NCBI GenBank assembly: GCA_041739675.1
Contig: JBGSNL010000075.1
Location: forward strand, 1-51,587
Direction: 5' to 3'
DNA from: a bacterium
Lineage (GTDB): Bacteria > UBA10199 > 2-02-FULL-44-16 > DYJF01
Length of the DNA stretch: 51,587 nt
Shown here: one piece after another, positions 1 through 8,775 of the stretch
Layout of the letters: the number at the start of each line of letters is the position of its first letter
How positions within the stretch are numbered: position 1 is the first letter of the stretch
The notes under the pieces: generated by a model
The model's database searches: none
Seen by the model: only the letters and a program-made list of their open reading frames with translations
What the model was told of the DNA's origin: nothing
Translations under genes and position numbers: made by a program

Positions 1-357
1 GTGCTGGTTGCAGGGTTGGTCGCTGTTTCGATTGCCGACGCGCAGTTCGGTAACATCAATGTGCCCGGTGTAGGCAACGTGAGCGGGGACGTGGCGCAGA
101 TTGAATACGATTCCTGCAAGAATTTTATCGGCAAGTATGACAACAACGTCGACTGGAACAGCAAGAACCTGTTTTCAAACTTCGATTCAAATAAGGACGT
201 GAAGCTCGTGAAGTACACGAAGGATTACGCGAAATCGGACAGCAAGTGGGACAAGGAGAACATGGCGAAGGATGCGGAATTCAACTATAAAAATTTCTGC
301 ACGATCAATGCCAGCTGCACGAAGGAAAAATGCCGCGTGTATTGCAATAAAAAATAA
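1..357 (+). CDS. Secreted Cys-containing hypothetical protein (5'-truncated by the window edge)
   Basis: Open from position 1. Begins with the end of a hydrophobic signal peptide (...VAVSIADA-Q), has 5 Cys and is followed by a terminator. Confidence 0.7.
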   Translation: MLVAGLVAVSIADAQFGNINVPGVGNVSGDVAQIEYDSCKNFIGKYDNNVDWNSKNLFSNFDSNKDVKLVKYTKDYAKSDSKWDKENMAKDAEFNYKNFCTINASCTKEKCRVYCNKK

Positions 358-372
358 GTCTTACTGGACTTG

Positions 373-406
373 AAAAAAGGCGCCGGCTGCAACCGGCGCC
401 TTTTTT
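373..406. terminator. Intrinsic terminator (bidirectional shape)
   Basis: A6-GGCGCCGG-ctgcaa-CCGGCGCC-T6, 15 nt after the stop at 357. Confidence 0.85.
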
Positions 407-462
407 ATCGGAGATTCATTTTTTGATGGCGTTTAAGGTGGTCTCTGTATTAAATTACCGCT

Positions 463-909
463 ATGAAAACATCAAAATTTTACCGTATAGTTCTAGCCGT
501 CATAATTGTCTTTGTCGTCACTGCGGCAACACACCTTGAGGCAAAGACCGAAAGGCCGAAGGCCAAGGCCGCAAGCAATGAGCCTGCAGCATCCGAGGCG
601 GCGGCGCCGGCCGATCCCATCGTTAGTTTTCAAAACAGCAGCGGATGGGGGAAGCTGGACCAGCCCACACAAGAGGCATGGCTGGACGCAATGAAAAGCG
701 GTGACACGAAGCGCCGGCTTGACTGCTTTGTCCGGGTGCGCGCTCCCGCGGACAGAGGCGATGCGTCGTTCCTCATAAGCAACGGATACGATGTGCGGAT
801 GTTTTCGGGCCCGATCGCCACGGGCCACATGAACGCGGAGGATCTTCCGAGCGTAGCCAATCTCCCGTTCGTGGCTTCCGTAAGATTGTCCAAAGCCCCG
901 CAAAATTGA
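463..909 (+). CDS. Exported hypothetical protein resembling a stand-alone subtilase (S8) pro-domain
   Basis: N-terminal signal/TM segment and an Ala/Pro linker, then KLD...VRV...FL..NG..V..FSG.IATG.M...DLPSVANLPFVASV, a pattern typical of S8 propeptides. No catalytic domain follows. Confidence 0.6.
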   Translation: MKTSKFYRIVLAVIIVFVVTAATHLEAKTERPKAKAASNEPAASEAAAPADPIVSFQNSSGWGKLDQPTQEAWLDAMKSGDTKRRLDCFVRVRAPADRGDASFLISNGYDVRMFSGPIATGHMNAEDLPSVANLPFVASVRLSKAPQN

Positions 910-931
910 AAACGACCGACGGAGGACAAAA

Positions 932-2356
932 ATGACGGCTCGATCTATCGCGCTCTTTTTGTATGCGGTGTTTTCTATCTTTTTGTTTCTCTCCCCTTCC
1001 TTTGCCGCCGGGCCCCAGCAGGACATGGAGATCGTCATGGACGCATCAGGTTCCATGTGGGCTCAAATCAAGGGGGAACCCAAGACAACCATTGCCAAGC
1101 GCGTGCTTGCGGAACTGGTGGAAGGCTTGAAGGGACGTGACGATCTTGCATTGGGCATCAGGGTTTACGGCCACCAGTCGCCCCAGAAGCTTAAGAACTG
1201 CCAGGACACTAAACTCGAAATACCTTTCGGCCCGCCCGATCCGCAAAAAGTGAAGGCGCTGATAAAGGGGATCAACGCGCAGGGACAGACCCCTATTGCC
1301 TACTCACTCTATCAGGCAAAAAACGATTTCGATCTCGCGTCAAAACGAAAACGGACGATCGTTCTCATAACAGACGGGATGGAATCGTGCGACGGAGACC
1401 CCTGCCAGGCGGCCAAAGATTTAGCCGCCGCAGGTGTGGATGTTACCCTCCACGTCGTGGGTTTCGATCTCAAGCCGGAGGAGATGGAAAAGCTCAAGTG
1501 TCTTGCAAAGCCGACGGGCGGTCTCACCCTGGGCGCGCAGGACGCCGGCCAGCTCAAAGATGCGCTGGGGACGATTGTCAAAAAGGAGGTCCCGAACACC
1601 CGACTCTCCGGTATAGCCAAAGACTCTGCGGGAAAACCCCTGGCCGCAAAAATTGAAATTCTGCGTGTGGCGGGGATCGACGAGAAGTTCGTGACGGCAA
1701 ACGACAGCGGTGAAAAACCTGCGGTCTTCTACGTCGAGCCCGGTATCTATAAAATGGTTTTCATGAATTTGAAATCGGGGGAAAGAAGAACGATTGCAAA
1801 CTTTGAGCTCAAGGACGGCGATGAGGTCTCAAAAGAGATGTCGTTCGGTCAGGCGAAGCTCTCGGCCATCGCGAAAGATGTTTCTGGCAGGCCGATAAAA
1901 GGACGCATTGAAATTCTCGAGATGAAAGGTCTGGATGAAAAATTTGTGACGGCCGATTTCAGCGGCGAGAATCCAAAAGCGTTTTACCTGGCTCCCGGAA
2001 CATACAAGATGAAGATCAGAAATGAGAACACGGGAGAGGTCAAGGTTATCGACGGCATTGTACTTCAGGACGGGGCGGAGCTTGCCAAGGAGGCCTTGTT
2101 CGGGCAGGCGCGCATCACCGGCATTGCACGAGATGCGACGGGAAGGCCCGTGAAGGCTCATGTAACGATTATGAAGATAGATGGTGCAGACGAGAAGTTC
2201 TGGGACGCGGGCGACAGCGGGGAAACTCCCAGGATATTTAATGTTGCTCCGGGCGTTTACAAGATGATATTTGTGAGCCAGTCCGGCGTGACGAAGAGCG
2301 TTGAAAACGTCAGGGTGGATGAGGGCGGCGAGGCGGCAAAGGAAGTCACTTTTTAA
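932..2356 (+). CDS. Secreted VWA-domain protein with three C-terminal beta-sandwich repeats
   Basis: GGAGG RBS and signal peptide. MIDAS motifs DASGSM, GQTPIA, LITDG.ESC.GDPC. Three 85-aa repeats with G.P and PG.YK motifs. Confidence 0.9.
   Translation: MTARSIALFLYAVFSIFLFLSPSFAAGPQQDMEIVMDASGSMWAQIKGEPKTTIAKRVLAELVEGLKGRDDLALGIRVYGHQSPQKLKNCQDTKLEIPFGPPDPQKVKALIKGINAQGQTPIAYSLYQAKNDFDLASKRKRTIVLITDGMESCDGDPCQAAKDLAAAGVDVTLHVVGFDLKPEEMEKLKCLAKPTGGLTLGAQDAGQLKDALGTIVKKEVPNTRLSGIAKDSAGKPLAAKIEILRVAGIDEKFVTANDSGEKPAVFYVEPGIYKMVFMNLKSGERRTIANFELKDGDEVSKEMSFGQAKLSAIAKDVSGRPIKGRIEILEMKGLDEKFVTADFSGENPKAFYLAPGTYKMKIRNENTGEVKVIDGIVLQDGAELAKEALFGQARITGIARDATGRPVKAHVTIMKIDGADEKFWDAGDSGETPRIFNVAPGVYKMIFVSQSGVTKSVENVRVDEGGEAAKEVTF
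1598..2353 (+). repeat. Three tandem 255-nt (85-aa) coding repeats in the VWA protein
   Basis: Units start at 1598, 1853 and 2108: TRLSGIAKDSAGKP / AKLSAIAKDVSGRP / ARITGIARDATGRP, each containing DEKF...SGE.P..F...PG.YKM. Confidence 0.9.
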
Positions 2357-2369
2357 AAAGAGGTGAACT

Positions 2370-3755
2370 ATGCAGGGAATAGAAAACTTCTTACAACAGG
2401 TCAGCGATTTTGTGTGGGGCCCTCCCCTTCTCATTCTTCTTTGCGGAACACATATCTATCTCACAATCCGCCTGAAATTTATCCAGCGTTATCTCGGGAA
2501 GGCGATAAAAATTTCGTTTCAAAGGAAGCGCGAAGGCGAAGGCGACATTAGCCAGTTCGGCTCGCTCACGACCGCCCTGGCTGCGACGATCGGAACGGGA
2601 AACATTGTGGGTGTCGCGACGGCAGTTGCGGCGGGCGGTCCCGGCGCTGTGCTATGGATGTGGCTCACAGGCGTCTTCGGCATCGCCACAAAATATGCGG
2701 AGGCCCTTCTCTCCGTGAAATACAGGATCAAAACGGAAGCCGGAACGATGGCCGGCGGCCCGATGTATGTCCTTGAACGTGGTCTGAAACAGAAATGGCT
2801 CGCCGTGTTGTTTGCATTTTTCACCGCGGTTGCGGCATTCGGAATTGGCAACATGGTTCAGGCAAATTCAATTTCCATGATGGTGAGGGAGACGTTCGGA
2901 ATCTCCCCGTGGATCACAGGGATAATACTCACGGTTCTCACTGCAATTGTGATCCTGGGCGGCATCAAATCGATTGCCAAGACCTGCGAGAGCCTGGTCC
3001 CCTTTATGGCGGTTTTTTATGTCTTGGGTTGCGCGATCATTCTGGTCATAAATTATAAGGTGATTCCTGAAACGTTCTCACTCATATTCAGCACCGCATT
3101 CACAGGCCAGGCGGCGCTTGGCGGCTTCCTCGGTGCCGGCATGAAGGAGGCGATCAGGTACGGTGTTTCAAGAGGGCTCTTTTCAAATGAGTCGGGTCTA
3201 GGCAGCGCGCCCATTGTCGCGGCGGCGGCACAGACGAGAACTCCCGTGAGACAGGCGCTTGTTTCGTCGACCGGAACTTTTTGGGATACGGTTGTTATAT
3301 GCGCGATAACGGGTCTGGTTATTGTGAGTTCCGGTGATTGGACCCAAGGGTTGACGGGCGCCGCCCTCACCAAGAACGCTTTTTCAGATATTCCGTATGT
3401 CGGCCCCATCGTTCTCACCGTTGGGCTTCTCACTTTCGTCTTCTCGACGATACTCGGCTGGTCGTATTACGGTGAAAAAGCCGCGGAGTATCTCTTCGGC
3501 CTGAGGGCCGTCAAACCTTACAGGTACATGTGGGTCGTCGCGGTCCTTGTCGGTTCGGTTGCCACGCTCCCCATTGTGTGGTCGTTTGCAGATATCGCAA
3601 ACGGACTCATGGCGGTGCCGAACCTGTTTTCTCTCATAGTGCTGGCGCCGGTCATCGCGGCCGAGACAAAACTTCATTTGAAAAACGAGATTTCGGAAGT
3701 GTCAATCAAAGTGAAACCCGGAGCCGTGCTGGAACGAGCCACGGAAGCCGACTAA
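2370..3755 (+). CDS. Alanine/glycine:cation symporter (AGCS, AlsT/AgcS family)
   Basis: Motifs ATIGTGNI.GVATA, GGPGA.LWMW, GGPMY, RGLFSNESGLGSAP, DT.VIC, GWSYYGEK; multiple TM helices. Confidence 0.95.
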   Translation: MQGIENFLQQVSDFVWGPPLLILLCGTHIYLTIRLKFIQRYLGKAIKISFQRKREGEGDISQFGSLTTALAATIGTGNIVGVATAVAAGGPGAVLWMWLTGVFGIATKYAEALLSVKYRIKTEAGTMAGGPMYVLERGLKQKWLAVLFAFFTAVAAFGIGNMVQANSISMMVRETFGISPWITGIILTVLTAIVILGGIKSIAKTCESLVPFMAVFYVLGCAIILVINYKVIPETFSLIFSTAFTGQAALGGFLGAGMKEAIRYGVSRGLFSNESGLGSAPIVAAAAQTRTPVRQALVSSTGTFWDTVVICAITGLVIVSSGDWTQGLTGAALTKNAFSDIPYVGPIVLTVGLLTFVFSTILGWSYYGEKAAEYLFGLRAVKPYRYMWVVAVLVGSVATLPIVWSFADIANGLMAVPNLFSLIVLAPVIAAETKLHLKNEISEVSIKVKPGAVLERATEAD

Positions 3756-3773
3756 AACGAAATGCCACGAAAT

Positions 3774-3808
3774 AAAAAGGCGCTCATGATTTCATGAGCG
3801 CCTTTTTT
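3774..3808. terminator. Bidirectional intrinsic terminator between convergent genes
   Basis: AAAAAGGCGCTCATGA-tt-TCATGAGCGCCTTTTTT between the stops at 3755 (+) and 3823 (-). Confidence 0.9.
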
Positions 3809-3822
3809 AATGGGAGTCCCAA

Positions 3823-4155
3823 TTATTTTTTCTTCGTGAAAGTTGCGTTTTCCAGATTGTTGGAACGGTTTGTGCCTGAAAATGTCGAGGGTTTTAACTC
3901 TCTGAGCGGTCTCTGGAATTCCGGCTGAGGTCTCGTGATATCCGGCGCCGGTTTGATTATATCGGAAGTGGGTCTTGTGAAGTCGGCAGCCGGTCTTGCA
4001 AGATCGGCGCTGGAACCCGCCGCTTCAGCTGAGGGCGATGTCGTGCCGACCGAAGGTTCTGTAGTTACGGGAGATAATTTTGTCGCGTCAGCATTGCCTG
4101 CACAAAAAATCGCGCATAGTGCGACCGCCAAAACGAACACATTCATGATTTTCAT
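3823..4155 (-). CDS. Small secreted Pro/Ser/Thr-rich hypothetical protein with heptapeptide repeats
   Basis: GGGAGG RBS, signal peptide (..GNADA-T), repeats ADLARP/AADFTRP/TSDIIKP/APDITRP/QPEFQRP. Confidence 0.75.
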   Translation of the reverse strand: MKIMNVFVLAVALCAIFCAGNADATKLSPVTTEPSVGTTSPSAEAAGSSADLARPAADFTRPTSDIIKPAPDITRPQPEFQRPLRELKPSTFSGTNRSNNLENATFTKKK

Positions 4156-4207
4156 GGCGCACCTCCCTTTCGTCGTTCTATAACTAATTTGGCCCTTTTA
4201 GTCCAGT

Positions 4208-4236
4208 AAAAAGCCCCTGCTTTGGGCAGGGGCTTT
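4208..4236 (-). terminator. Intrinsic terminator of the 4254..5315 lipoprotein gene
   Basis: AAAAAGCCCCTGC-tttgg-GCAGGGGCTTT; the U-tract is on the minus strand. Confidence 0.8.
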
Positions 4237-4253
4237 CTTGCAAACCGTTACTA

Positions 4254-5315
4254 TTATTCTTTTTCGTAGACCACGCCGCAGCCTTCTTTAAGATCGGCGC
4301 CTAAATAGTCGGTCACGATTCTGGTCAACGTGATCGTCGTGAGAGATGTGTCAAACGTGAACGAACTTGTGTTGGCGTACAGCGGGCATCCGCCGCAATC
4401 ACCCATGACGACGCCAGTCGCTTCGAAACCTGTTGCTGTTGCCGTAAGCGGCACCGTTATCAGTTCATGCCAGCAGACTGCACCGTCGGCCTCGCCTTCC
4501 AGAGAGACGCTTGTGTCGGTAGTCGGTGTTACAATTTCCTTATGAGGCAGGCTGTCGTAAGTGTTGTCGCAGCTTGCGTCTCCAAGTTGGCCCACGGCAT
4601 TATATGTGCCGGGCAGATCGGCTATCGTGTACGCTGCCGCCGGAGGTTCTTCCCCTCCAACAGTGCCTTCACCGCTGCAGAAACCGAATTCGCCGCACGT
4701 CTCTCCCTCCGGGCAATCTGTGTCAGCAGTGCAATCTATGGCCTCGAAATCGGTGGGATCGTCCGGAAAACTTCCGTCCCATCCGTCGCAGGCTCCGTCA
4801 TCGTCCCTGTCGTCGAAACCGATCTCCTCGCAGCCAAGCACGTCCGTGAACGAACCGGAGAACGTGGCCGTGTCGGTGGCAGGATCTATTGTTATCGTTC
4901 CCAGGTCTATGGCCGTACCCGCATCGATATTGAAGAGGCTCCCTGAACCGGCGAGAAGAGTTGCGACAAACGTGTCGCACTCACCGCTCACGGGATTGGT
5001 TCCCACGAAGCTGATGACGTAATCGTTTCCGATAAGGAGCGCGAGAGAAAATGCACAGTCGGTGAGATTTTCGTCGAGGACGGTCGTGCCGTCCGTGGCC
5101 GTCGCGATGACTCTGCATATGGGAGGATCAAATTCGCCGCACGCGCCCGCCGTTTCGCCAGCCAGTTTAGTTGAATCGATGGTCATGGCAGCGGCCCCCT
5201 GAATTGCGCCGCTCATCGTGCGCGTGGTGGCGGCGGTTTCGCCTCCAGAACTTCCTCCGCATGCCACAAGGCTGACTGCGAACAACATGAACAGGGCAAT
5301 CTTCAAATTTCTCAT
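4254..5315 (-). CDS. Cys/Asp-rich lipoprotein
   Basis: GGGAGG RBS, lipobox LVA-C followed by a GGSSGG linker, a DDRDDDGACDGWD Ca-binding-like motif and a CTADTDCPEGETCGEFGFC disulfide module. Confidence 0.85.
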   Translation of the reverse strand: MRNLKIALFMLFAVSLVACGGSSGGETAATTRTMSGAIQGAAAMTIDSTKLAGETAGACGEFDPPICRVIATATDGTTVLDENLTDCAFSLALLIGNDYVISFVGTNPVSGECDTFVATLLAGSGSLFNIDAGTAIDLGTITIDPATDTATFSGSFTDVLGCEEIGFDDRDDDGACDGWDGSFPDDPTDFEAIDCTADTDCPEGETCGEFGFCSGEGTVGGEEPPAAAYTIADLPGTYNAVGQLGDASCDNTYDSLPHKEIVTPTTDTSVSLEGEADGAVCWHELITVPLTATATGFEATGVVMGDCGGCPLYANTSSFTFDTSLTTITLTRIVTDYLGADLKEGCGVVYEKE

Positions 5316-5434
5316 AGCACCTCCCTTTTGTTATAGGCGCCGCATAACATTGCGGGTTAAGCGATGCAACATCAAAGATTTTTTTGCTGGCATTTCTGTA
5401 CATGGCCGGGTTAGATGAATTATATGGAGGTTCA

Positions 5435-6118
5435 ATGAAAAAGTTCGCCGCCATTCTTCTCTTTTTACTGGTACCGCTACTTGCGCACGCGGGTCTTGAT
5501 GAGAACGAAAAGCTCAACGCGGGCTACATCATCAAGGATATAAAAATTCCTGAAGGAAGCGACCGTGCCGACGTGACTGTCAACACGGTGATCGATTCTC
5601 CTCCGAAGGCCGTATGGGCGGCGCTTGTCGACATAAACGGCTGGCCGCGCTGGCTTCCTATGACGATGAAGGCCGCTTTCCTGTCCGACGAGGCGGCAAG
5701 GCTCATCACGCCCGAAGTGGCCAAGGATAAGGCGAAGGTCCTTGAGATAAACGATCTGAACCCTCCACAAAGAGTCGGCGAGAATCAGGCGGGCCATTGG
5801 CAGCGCACGGCTTACGAAGAATATAACCTCCCCTGGCCGATAAAAAACGAATGGGTAGTCAGAAAGTACAATTACGACGAGGAGCCCGATCTGTTTCGCG
5901 CATCGTGGCGCCGCATCGATTCGACGAGAAGCGAGAACGACGGCTACTGGGAAGTGAGGCCGTGGAGCGACGGGCGCACGTATCTCACGTATTGCTATCG
6001 GGTGAAGCCGAAGGAAAATGTTCCGGAGCTTGTCTTCAAGACAGCGGTCTCGATGACCGTGAACTCAATGATCAAGGCGCTGAGACACGAATCGGCGAGA
6101 CGCGAGAAAACGATATAA
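5435..6118 (+). CDS. Secreted START/SRPBCC-fold protein
   Basis: GGAGG RBS before ATG 5435 (MKKFAAILL signal peptide). Motifs IDSPPKAVWAALVD...WPRWLP, LPWPIKN, GYWEVRP..GRTYLTY. Confidence 0.75.
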   Translation: MKKFAAILLFLLVPLLAHAGLDENEKLNAGYIIKDIKIPEGSDRADVTVNTVIDSPPKAVWAALVDINGWPRWLPMTMKAAFLSDEAARLITPEVAKDKAKVLEINDLNPPQRVGENQAGHWQRTAYEEYNLPWPIKNEWVVRKYNYDEEPDLFRASWRRIDSTRSENDGYWEVRPWSDGRTYLTYCYRVKPKENVPELVFKTAVSMTVNSMIKALRHESARREKTI

Positions 6119-6199
6119 ACTCCTTGATATTCAACCCGTCTTTTGGTTATGTTCCGCATACTGTATACAAAAAATCACTAGTCAAGGAGGATGATCCCT

Positions 6200-7501
6200 A
6201 TGGTAGAAAAAGAGATCGATGCAGTGACCACGCAGAGCATAGACCCCCCTATTTCAGCTTTTGAAAATGCCTTAAAACAGTTTGACGCCGCAGCCAAAGT
6301 TTTGAACCTCACAAAAAACCAGATCGCGGTTATCAAGGAGCCTCGGCGCGTGATGGAGGTCCAGCTCCCTGTCCGCATGGACGACGGGCGCGTTGAGGTT
6401 TTCAGGGGTTATCGTGTTCAGCACAACACGACGCGCGGCCCAGCAAAAGGCGGCGTGCGTTTTCATCAGGATGTCAATCTCGACGAAGTGAAGGCGTTGG
6501 CCTTCTGGATGACGTATAAGTGCGCGGTCGTGAATATCCCCTTCGGCGGCGGCAAGGGCGGCGTCATCATCGACCCCGCGAAGATTTCAAAAGGCGAACT
6601 TGAAAGACTTGCCCGCCGCTATTTTGCGGAGATGGTGGACATGTTCGGTCCCGACCGCGACGTCCCGGCCCCCGATGTCGGAACCAATCCCCAGATCATG
6701 AGCTGGTTTATGGACACGTATTCGATGCACTATCGCGAGTACCTGCCGGCAGTCGTCACGGGCAAACCGCTTGAGCTCGGCGGTTCCGAAGGAAGAACGG
6801 AAGCAACGGCTCAGGGAATAGTTCACTGCATCAAGGAAGCCGCTTCTCATCTGAAGATAGATCTCAAAAAGTCGACGGTCGCGGTTCAGGGGTTCGGCAA
6901 CGTGGGCTCCTACTCGGCAAAAATTCTTCACAGAGAAGGCTGCAAAGTGGTTGCGATCTCCGATGTGAGCGGAGCGTATTACGACGAAGGCGGCATAGAT
7001 ATCCCGGCCGTCTTCTCTTATCTTAAGGACCACCGCCTTCTTGAAGGAATTGAGAAGACAATAAAGGTCCAGAAGATGAAAAACGCGATGGAGCTCTTGG
7101 AGCTGCCCGTTGATATCCTTGTGCCGGCGGCGCTTGAAAGCCAGATCACATCTAAGAACGCCGGCCGCATCAAGGCCAAGCTGATTGCAGAGGGCGCGAA
7201 CGGCCCGGTGACATTTAATGCCGACAAGGTGCTAGACGAGAAAAAGATCTTTGTGATTCCGGATATTCTATGCAACGCCGGCGGCGTGACGGTCTCTTAT
7301 CTTGAGTGGGTCCAGAACAGAATGGGTTATTACTGGAGCAACGAGAGGATACAGGAAGATCTCGCGCGCCTGATGAAGGACGCGTTCAAGAGTGTTCTTG
7401 AGACATCGGAGCAATATAAGATCAGCATGCGCGTCGCGGCCTTTGTTGTGTCTATCCAGAGGGTGACACGCGTCGCCGAGATGCGCGGCTTGTACGCATA
7501 A
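6200..7501 (+). CDS. gdhA: Glu/Leu/Phe/Val dehydrogenase (glutamate dehydrogenase), catalytically intact
   Basis: GYRVQHN..RGPAKGG.RF, MTYKCA, PFGGGKGG, DVPAPDV, GGSEGR.EAT, QGFGNVG, EGANGP, PDIL.NAGGV.VSY.EWVQN. AAGGAGG RBS favours ATG 6200. Confidence 0.95.
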   Translation: MVEKEIDAVTTQSIDPPISAFENALKQFDAAAKVLNLTKNQIAVIKEPRRVMEVQLPVRMDDGRVEVFRGYRVQHNTTRGPAKGGVRFHQDVNLDEVKALAFWMTYKCAVVNIPFGGGKGGVIIDPAKISKGELERLARRYFAEMVDMFGPDRDVPAPDVGTNPQIMSWFMDTYSMHYREYLPAVVTGKPLELGGSEGRTEATAQGIVHCIKEAASHLKIDLKKSTVAVQGFGNVGSYSAKILHREGCKVVAISDVSGAYYDEGGIDIPAVFSYLKDHRLLEGIEKTIKVQKMKNAMELLELPVDILVPAALESQITSKNAGRIKAKLIAEGANGPVTFNADKVLDEKKIFVIPDILCNAGGVTVSYLEWVQNRMGYYWSNERIQEDLARLMKDAFKSVLETSEQYKISMRVAAFVVSIQRVTRVAEMRGLYA

Positions 7502-7506
7502 GTTTT

Positions 7507-8775
7507 ATGGAGATTTCAAGGACCCTAAGCTCGCTTTCGAACGTGATGGCGGAGTTCGACGCCGCGGCGAAATATCTGGCGTTGGAACCGGATCAAATTG
7601 CGTTTATCAAACAACCCCGTTGTTCGCTGAAGCTCAATTTGCCGGTTCAGCTGGACAACGGGCGCATCAGGGTTTTCAGGGCATATCACACGATCCATTC
7701 CATAATGAGGGGCCCCTCTATCGGAGGCGTGCAGTTCCGTCCCGACATAGACCTTGAGACTGTCGAAGCGCTGGCCTTCTGGTCCACGCACCGCTGTGCC
7801 CTTCTTGGAATACCGTTTGGCGGAAGCTACGGCGCCGTGGAATGCGATCCGTCGCAATACAGCGTCGGCGAGCTCGAGCGCATCTCAAGACGCTATATCG
7901 CCGAGCTTGTGGATCTCGTGAAACCCAACAACGACGTTTTGACTTCCGATATCGGCACCAATCAGCAGGTCATGTGCTGGTTCATGGATACGTACTCGGC
8001 CCACTTTGGAAATTTCACGCCGGCAGTCGTCAGCGGGAAACCGAAAGACCTGGGCGGCGTGGCAACCCTTGTCAATCCCGCCGCCATAGGCGTGGACCTG
8101 TGCATCATACAGGCGTGCCGGCATTTGGGCGTGGACATTAAAAACGCAAAGGTGGCCATTCAGGGTTTTGGCAAGGTCGGCATGAATGTCGCGCGCCTGC
8201 TGTCCAAAGCCGGCGCCAAGATTACCGCGGTGGCGGACATAAGCGGCGCGTATTTCAATGAGCGTGGCATCAATGTCGACGAGGTCACTTGGCATCAGCA
8301 GTCCTACGGTATTCTGGACGGTCTTGAGGGCGAAGTTGAAGTGGAGAAACTGGCCGACCCCTCAAAACTCTTCGAACTCCCTGTCGATATCATCGTCCCC
8401 GCGGCGATCGAACTTCAGATAACAAAAGAGAATGTAAAAAATGTTAAGGCAAGAATCATAGCCGAGGCGGCGCACGATCCCGTCTCCCCTATCGCCGACA
8501 AAATTTTGCATGAGCGCGGGACCCTTGTCATTCCCGACATTCTTTGCAACTCGGGCGGTGTGACCGGCTATTACCTTGAATGGGTGCAAAACAGAATGGG
8601 TTATTACTGGTCCGCTGAAAGGATGCATGAAGAGGTGTCGCGCATAGTGGGCCTTGCCTTCGATGAAGCGATGTCGATTGCCAAGAAGGGGCTCATACCT
8701 TTGAGGCTCGCGGCTGCGGTGCTTGCCTGCAAGAGAATTGTCAGGGCCGCTGAACTGAGGGGCGTCTATGCTTAA
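7507..8775 (+). CDS. Glutamate dehydrogenase paralogue lacking the catalytic and substrate-binding lysines (probable regulatory subunit)
   Basis: Full-length similarity to the upstream GDH, but GPAKGG is GPSIGG, MTYKC is STHRC and GGGKGG is GGSYGA. The Rossmann motif QGFGKVG is retained. Confidence 0.85.
   Translation: MEISRTLSSLSNVMAEFDAAAKYLALEPDQIAFIKQPRCSLKLNLPVQLDNGRIRVFRAYHTIHSIMRGPSIGGVQFRPDIDLETVEALAFWSTHRCALLGIPFGGSYGAVECDPSQYSVGELERISRRYIAELVDLVKPNNDVLTSDIGTNQQVMCWFMDTYSAHFGNFTPAVVSGKPKDLGGVATLVNPAAIGVDLCIIQACRHLGVDIKNAKVAIQGFGKVGMNVARLLSKAGAKITAVADISGAYFNERGINVDEVTWHQQSYGILDGLEGEVEVEKLADPSKLFELPVDIIVPAAIELQITKENVKNVKARIIAEAAHDPVSPIADKILHERGTLVIPDILCNSGGVTGYYLEWVQNRMGYYWSAERMHEEVSRIVGLAFDEAMSIAKKGLIPLRLAAAVLACKRIVRAAELRGVYA

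Noticed and set aside
361..370. 10-mer TTACTGGACT also present inverted at 4200-4209, both next to terminators
   Set aside because: Too short, and on different sides of the hairpins; consistent with chance.
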